From positions 228,658,001-228,722,000 of the forward strand of contig NC_086097.1 in assembly GCF_963921235.1 (NCBI RefSeq): a DNA stretch of 64,000 nucleotides, read 5' to 3'. Below, in pieces: positions 58,086 through 64,000 of the stretch. The position numbers and the translations under genes are program-made. Position 1 is the stretch's first letter. Every line of letters begins with the position of its first letter. The notes under the pieces were generated by a model, which was given only the letters and a program-made list of their open reading frames with translations, was not told the DNA's origin and searched no databases. This DNA comes from Mobula hypostoma. Lineage: Eukaryota.

Positions 58086-58700
58086 GATACATTGGGGCTA
58101 TTTAACCTGATAATGGCACCAATCACCCAGGCACGTATTCTCAAAGACAAATGATAATGTTTGAGGCAGATTGTTTTGAGTTTTAAATTCCCCACAACAG
58201 ATTAAAGAGCCAATTCTTTCAGAGGGATCTTGGACTTAAAGAAAGCATTGTTTATATTTTAATTATTTTTGGGGACTTAAATACCTAATCATTGTTGGTG
58301 CTGATGGGTGAACTGCTTTATTTACAAATGGAATTGGACACTGTGTAATTATCAGTGAACACTTTGACTGAAATAGCAACAAGGCCTTGTCCTTTATGGT
58401 CTTCAAATTTCCTCTTGCACCAGGGATGCTGTTACTGCAGAAAATGAGGCAGGAAAGTTCATCCAGTTACTTTTAAAATGTTATGAGAGCTTCTCCTCCA
58501 CTCCCCACCGCCCCCCCCCCCACAATCAGACATGCAATCCAGATTCCAGCCTCCTTGAGTTTGAAAAGGTTTTTCCTTATGTCTCCACTGCCCCTTGTGC
58601 CCCTTACCTAGTTTTAGATACCTTTGCTTTCGGAACTATTTTTTCCTACTATCTACCTTTTCTATACCCCTCATAATATCCATTGAGCCTTGCTCTAAAC

Positions 58701-58987
58701 CAGTGGTCCCCAACATCCAGGCCACAAAGAATGCAACGGTCCAGTGGTAGCCGGAACGCACCCAGCACATCTTTAAGAAAAAAGCCGAAATAAACAACCT
58801 AATTAATTAGGCGGTTGTCCCCGCTGATCTGGGCCAACATTTACGTGCCAGGTGGCACCTGATTAAAATTAATTAATTATTTTGGTTCTTTTCTTAAAGA
58901 TGTGCTAGGTGCGTTCCGGCTACCGCTGCACCGTTTCATTCTACGCGGCTCAGTATTGGTCCGCAGCCCGGAGGTTGGGGACCACTG
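58701..58987. mobile_element. hAT (Charlie-like) MITE
   Basis: TIRs CAGTGGTCCCCAAC / GTTGGGGACCACTG, long subterminal inverted similarity, 8-bp TSD CTCTAAAC / TTCTAGAC. Confidence 0.9.
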
Positions 58988-59214
58988 TTCTAGACCATAC
59001 ACACCCACCTCACTCCAACCTTCTACGCTCCAAGGAAAACAAGTCCAGATTATCCAGTCTCATAAATGAAACACTCCACCTCAGACAACATCCTGGTGAA
59101 TCTCATCTGCATCCATTCCAGCATATCCTTACTGTCGTGTGTGACCAGAACGATACTTTTCCATTTCCATTTACCATAGTGCTGACCTGTTTTTATCCTG
59201 TTTACCCATTTAGA

Positions 59215-60188
59215 GTTATAGAGTCATAGAGAAGTACAGCACAGATGCAGGTCCTTTGGCCCATCTTGTACATGCTGAAATCAACTAAACCATTGACCTG
59301 CACCAGGACCTCCATACCGTAACCCCATCCACGTACCTGTCCAAACTTCTCTTAAAAGTTGAAATTGAGCTCGCATGCACCACTTGTGCTGGCAGTTCTT
59401 TCCACACCCTCACGAATGAAGAAGTTTTCCCTCATGATCCCCTTAAACTTTTCACCTTTCACCCTTAACCCATGACCTCTGGTTGTGATCCCACCCAACC
59501 TCACTGGAAAATGCCTGCTTGCATTTACTCCATCTATAGCCCTCACAATTTTGTATATCTCTATAAAATCTCCTCTCAATCTTCTACTTTCTAAGGGATA
59601 CAGTCCTAACCTACTCAATCTCAGGTCCTCCAGACCCAACTTCCTTGCATATTTTTCCTGTACTCTTTTCAACCTTATTTACATCTTTCCTGTAGGTAGT
59701 GACCAAAACTGCATACAATACTCCTCACCAATTATGCCTCACCAATGTCTTATACAACTTTAGCATGACATCCCATCTCCTGTACGCAATACATTGATTT
59801 ATGAAGGCCAATGTGCCAAAAGCTTTCTTTATGACCCTACCTACCTGAGACATTATTTTCAATGAATTATGAACCTGTATTTCCAGATTCCTTTGTTCTA
59901 CCACACACCTCAGTGCCCTACCATTCACTGTGTAAGAACTACCCTGGTTGGTCCTACTGAAGTCCAACACCTCGCACTTGTCTGCATTAAATTCCATCTG
60001 CCATATTTCAGCTCATTTTTCCAGCTGTTGCAAATCCCTCTGCAAGCCATGATAGCCTTCCTCGCTGTCCGCTACACCCCAAATCTTGGTGTCATCCTCA
60101 TGTTTGCTGATGCAGTTAAACCACATTATCATCCAGATCATTGGTATAGATCAGAAACAGCAACGGACCCAGCACGAATCCCTGTGGC
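59215..60188 (-). mobile_element. CR1 RT 3' portion
   Basis: MEFNADKCEV, MLKLYKTLVR, RLRGDFIEIYKI; (CTCTATGA)-type tail. Confidence 0.9.
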
Positions 60189-60315
60189 AAATAATGAGAA
60201 CATGATTTGTGGAGTCCTTAAAAATAAGTCCATGGGTCCAGTTCAGGGTTGAGGTGAGTGAAGTTAACCATGCTGATGGTTGAAGGGTAATAACTGTGCC
60301 TGAACCTGGTGGTAT

Positions 60316-60490
60316 ATCTTGTTTTGTCTTGTCCATAGTGCACCAACCGCTGCCACTGGGCTATAAACGTGCATGCAGGAGCAATGTGTGGTTAAGTGCC
60401 TTGCTCAAGGACACAACACGCTGCCTCAGCCGAGGCTCGAACTCGCAACCTTCAGATCACTAGTCCAACACCTTAACCAATTAGCCACGC
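60316..60490 (-). mobile_element. tRNA-derived SINE with CORE-like segment
   Basis: Minus strand A box TGGCTAATTGG, B box GAGTTCGAGCC, GTGTCCTTGAGCAAGGCACTTAACC, (ACAAG)-type tail; GGTAT duplicated on both sides. Confidence 0.8.
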
Positions 60491-61349
60491 GGTATGGGAT
60501 CTAAGGAGAGAAATATCTGGACCATATTCTTTTCCTTTCTGACTTTTGATTAACTTATTATTATAGAAAATGCTTTATTGCTAACATAACTAAAAGGCAA
60601 AACATGAATCTTTAAGGTATATTGTACAGTAAGTGAGCAGCAGATAAATGATCATTTAATGTTACTTACAGTCTGATTTAAGCATCACATTTTAAATGTT
60701 TAGAAAACCAGTCTGGTTTACTAATAATTCCAAGTGATATATAAAACAAGTTAACTTATTCTGTTAAAATTATATTTAATATCGAATGTATGATGTAGTG
60801 CTGCATTAACTTATATTAGCACTGAACTACCATTTGTAACAATATACTGCAACCTTCAGAAAACACCACATACTGGATGTTAAGAAACTTTTTTTTTCTA
60901 GACAGGAGAGAGCCTTTCTTATTGGAGGGGTGTGGCAGATGTTGTTTTCTAGATGGAGCCAATTCTTGACCAGAGAAAAGATTACATCGTAATGTTCAAG
61001 GCAAGGCATCCTTACACTTTAGGTTATGTTTGAGTCCAGTGATCTCCAGAAATGCTTGGACAGTCAGAGAGGAATTTTCTGAGTTCATTATCCATTTTGG
61101 CACCAATTTCTTTTTCTGTTTCTCCCAGCAAATTAAACGTGACGAAGTTGGATTGTGGTGTTTAGTAATCTTGCTTGAACAGCTCAATTTTTCTTGACCA
61201 TAAATCTTCTAAGTTTTCATGTAAGGTGATACAATCAGAGGTGGTTACTGTCTGTTATAAAAGATTTTAAACTTTTCTTAGGAAAAGAATGTATTTTGAT
61301 AAGGATACACCCATGATTGAGGTACACCATATTGGAATTGGACACCAAA

Positions 61350-61815
61350 TTCTCCAGCTGTGTGCTCTCCTCTTTCCTATCTCTTCTCCTCTCCCGCAAC
61401 CATGGCCAGTCCATCACTTCCTTTTTTTTCCCCCACCTCCTTCCTTTTATTCCATGATCTACTGTCTTCACCTATCAAATTTCTTCTTCATCAGCCTTTA
61501 CTGGACCTTTCCCATCTATCACCTCCCAGCTTCGCACATTATCCACCACTCGCCAACCATCCCACCTTCCCTCTCACCTGGTCTCACCTATCACCTGCCA
61601 GCTTATATTCCTCACCCTCCCCCAACTCCCACACGCACCTTCTTATTATTTCTTATTCTGCCTTCGTTTCCAGTCCTGATGAAGGGTCCCGGTCCAAAAC
61701 GTTTACTGTTTATTCCCCTCTATAGACCTATTGATGATGCCTGACATGCTGAGTTCCTCCAGCGTTTTGTGTGTGTTACTCCAGATACCCAGCATCTGCA
61801 GAATCGCTTTTGTCT
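61350..61815 (+). mobile_element. Older PLE 3' fragment with a decayed hammerhead (61671-61708)
   Basis: CAGTCCTGATGAAGGGTCCCGGTCCAAAACG...GAGTTCCTCCAGC...CAGCATCTGCAGA. Confidence 0.8.
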
Positions 61816-62189
61816 GTGCATAAAATATCTGTATTCCTTTTCTCATTGTCAGTGAGGATACTTTTGGTGAACCATTTTTCTCTTTATTAAACGAGTCTGC
61901 AAGAGTAAGCCTTGGTCTTTTATTGAACTTGAGAATCAAATTAGTAATTTGATGTAGTTAATAAAGAGAGATTGATGCTGCTGAAATCAGACAGTATAAA
62001 TCAGGGAAGTAGTAAATAGTCTAGACTCTGTAGTTACACATAAGGATTTCAATCTGCTTTTCTTGAGCAGTAAGGACTAGGCAGTTTGTAGTACAGACTA
62101 ATCCCTTCAATTTCCTGCATTACTCTCTACTACAGGTTCATTCAATGATACTTCATCAATCTGAGTTTTTAGCAGAAATCTTTAACAGC

Positions 62190-62697
62190 AGAATCAGGAT
62201 TAGAATTAGGTTAAATATCATTGGCTTACTGTAGGTCGTGAAATGTCTTGGCTTTGTGGCAGCAGTACAATGCAATACTTAACAGAGAAGGGAACTGTGA
62301 ATTACAGTAAGTATGTATATATATTAAATAGTTTAATTAAATAAGCAAAGCAGCAATAGAAATAAAAAAAAGTAGTGAGGTAGTGCTCATGTGTTCAACG
62401 CCCATTTAGAAATCAAATGGCAGAGGGGATGCAGCTGTTCCTGAATGGTTGACAGTGTGCCTTCAGGCTTCTGTACCTCCTTCCTGATGGTAGAAATGAG
62501 AAGAGGGCATGTCCTGGGTGACGGGGGCCATCAATGATGCACGCCACCTTTTTGAGTCATCGCTCTTTGAAGATGTCTTGGATACTACTGAGGCTAGTGC
62601 TCACGATGGAGCTGATTAACCTTACGACTCTCTGCAACTTACTTCGATCCTGTACAGTAGCCCTATCCACCCCTGTACCAGACAGTGATGCAGCTTG
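62190..62697 (-). mobile_element. Rex1-type LINE 3' end
   Basis: Reverse-complement similarity to 52950-53330 and to 60-145. Confidence 0.75.
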
Positions 62698-63019
62698 TTC
62701 TGGATTATACTGACTGTATCATGCCAATTAATTGTAGATAAAATTCTATACCTGTGTTTTGATAATTAGACCAACCTGATGAACAAATTAATTCAATGGA
62801 ATTTTCTTAGTAATTTTCAAACTAATTGTGGAGTTGACTACACTTCCAAACACCAGGCCACTCATTTTTACCAGAGGAGAAAGAACTACAATCTTCAATC
62901 ACATACTTCAATCCATTTTGCTGTGTAAAATGAAGCAACAGAATTCTGTTCTAAGTTAGGATGAAAGTAGATAGTCAGCCGAGCTTTGATGTTACCATTT
63001 CATAGTTGCTACCAACACT

Positions 63020-63295
63020 TTTAAAGATTAGCTTTATTTGTCATTTTACATTGAAACATCGAAGCATAGAGTGAAATGTGTTGTTTGTGTTGACAACCAA
63101 CACAGCCCAAAGATGTACTGGGGGAGGCCTGCAAGTGTCGCCTTGCTTGTGGCTCCAATATATCATATCCCCACAACCTGTGAACTCTAACCAGTACATC
63201 TTTTGGAATGTGGGAAGAAACTGGCACGGTCATGGGGAGAACATACTAACTCCTCACAGACAGCAGAGGAAACTGAATCCCGATCTTCTGCTACA
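63020..63295 (-). mobile_element. V-domain-type SINE
   Basis: Same tail and head as the copies at 45270-45550 and 9243-9546; V domain partly deleted. Confidence 0.7.
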
Positions 63296-63419
63296 CAGCC
63301 ATCCCACCTCTATGACACTTGAATTATTCTCCCTTCTATAAATCCTGGGTCCCTGATCCACAGCTGAAAAATGGCACTGGGAACTTTCAAAGCCCTTTGA
63401 CAGACTTTTCCCAAATAAT

Positions 63420-63697
63420 TGTGGTTCGCACAACGCCATTGCAGCTCAGGGTGTTGGAGTTCGGAGTTCAAATCTGATATCTGATGTCATCTCTAAGGAG
63501 TCTGTACGTCCTCCACGTGGAATGCATGGGTTTCCTCCGGGTGCTCTGGTTTCCTTCCACTGTCCAAAGACATGCTGGTTGGAAGGCTAATTGATCACTG
63601 TAAATTGTCCCAGGGGCTGAATCAAGAGTAGCTAGAGTAGCACGGCTCATAGGGCTGGAAAGGCCAACTCCATGCTGTGTCACTAAATAAATAAAAA
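63420..63697 (+). mobile_element. V-domain SINE with CR1-like tail
   Basis: GAGTTCAAATC B box, TGCATGGGTTTCCTCCGGGTGCTCTGGTTTCCTTCCACTGTCCAAAGAC, GGGCTGGAAAGGCC...(AAAT)n. Confidence 0.82.
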
Positions 63698-63707
63698 TTA
63701 ATTACTA

Positions 63708-64000
63708 ACTATCTTTATGGAATGAATCATGAGTGCTGTCCTTGAAGATCATGTGGGCACAGTCAGCATCGGAGGGAGGAATATCACAAACCTAAGATTT
63801 ACCGACGACATTGATGGACTTGCAGGAAAAGAGGACAAACTGGCCAACTTGGTCAGCCATCTTGACAGAGCCTCCACAAAGTTTGGAATGGAAATAAGTG
63901 CCGAGAAAACCAAGCTCATGGCAAATGCCAACGGTGCCATCGCAACAGACATTTCAGTCCACAGTCAGAAACTTGAGACAGTGCAGCAGTTCAAATACCT
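63708..64000 (+). mobile_element. RTE/Bov-B-like LINE RT fragment (runs off the window)
   Basis: Plus-strand translation from 63711: IFME*IMSAVLEDHVGTVSIGGRNITNLRFTDDIDGLAG...FGMEISAEKTKLM...LETVQQFKY. Confidence 0.85.

Noticed and set aside
60400..60490. tRNA gene
   Set aside because: A and B boxes are present, but the sequence continues into a CORE-like body and tail with a flanking duplication, so it is a SINE head.
61129..61220. Strong plus-strand acceptor (tttctgtttctcccag) with a downstream gtaagg
   Set aside because: All three frames contain stops and no partner exons were found; a non-coding exon cannot be excluded.

Overview
Vertebrate nuclear DNA, almost certainly from a cartilaginous fish and probably a batoid ray. 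This is inferred from the repeat mix: CR1-type LINEs, V-domain SINEs, Rex1/Babar-type LINEs and Penelope-like elements. Most of the 64 kb is nested, decayed transposable elements, and no host protein-coding gene can be recognised with confidence. Main contents: (1) a 6.25-kb Penelope-like element (PLE; RT + GIY-YIG) with an inverted terminal arm and a 12-bp TSD, split by a CR1 insertion; (2) about 20 intact or decayed copies of a minimal hammerhead-ribozyme motif in PLE termini, several of them in short fold-back (hairpin) insertions with 11-12-bp TSDs whose junctions cluster at the ribozyme core; (3) a young CpG-rich RTE-clade LINE; (4) a Bov-B-like RTE whose RT region was replaced by a nested CR1 pair, plus a related bipartite SINE; (5) many CR1 and Rex1-like fragments, V-SINEs, a CORE-like SINE, two hAT MITEs and Tc1/mariner relics; (6) a weak, phase-compatible chain of candidate minus-strand exons. 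All calls were made by eye without database searches. Boundaries not anchored by a TSD or TIR are approximate.
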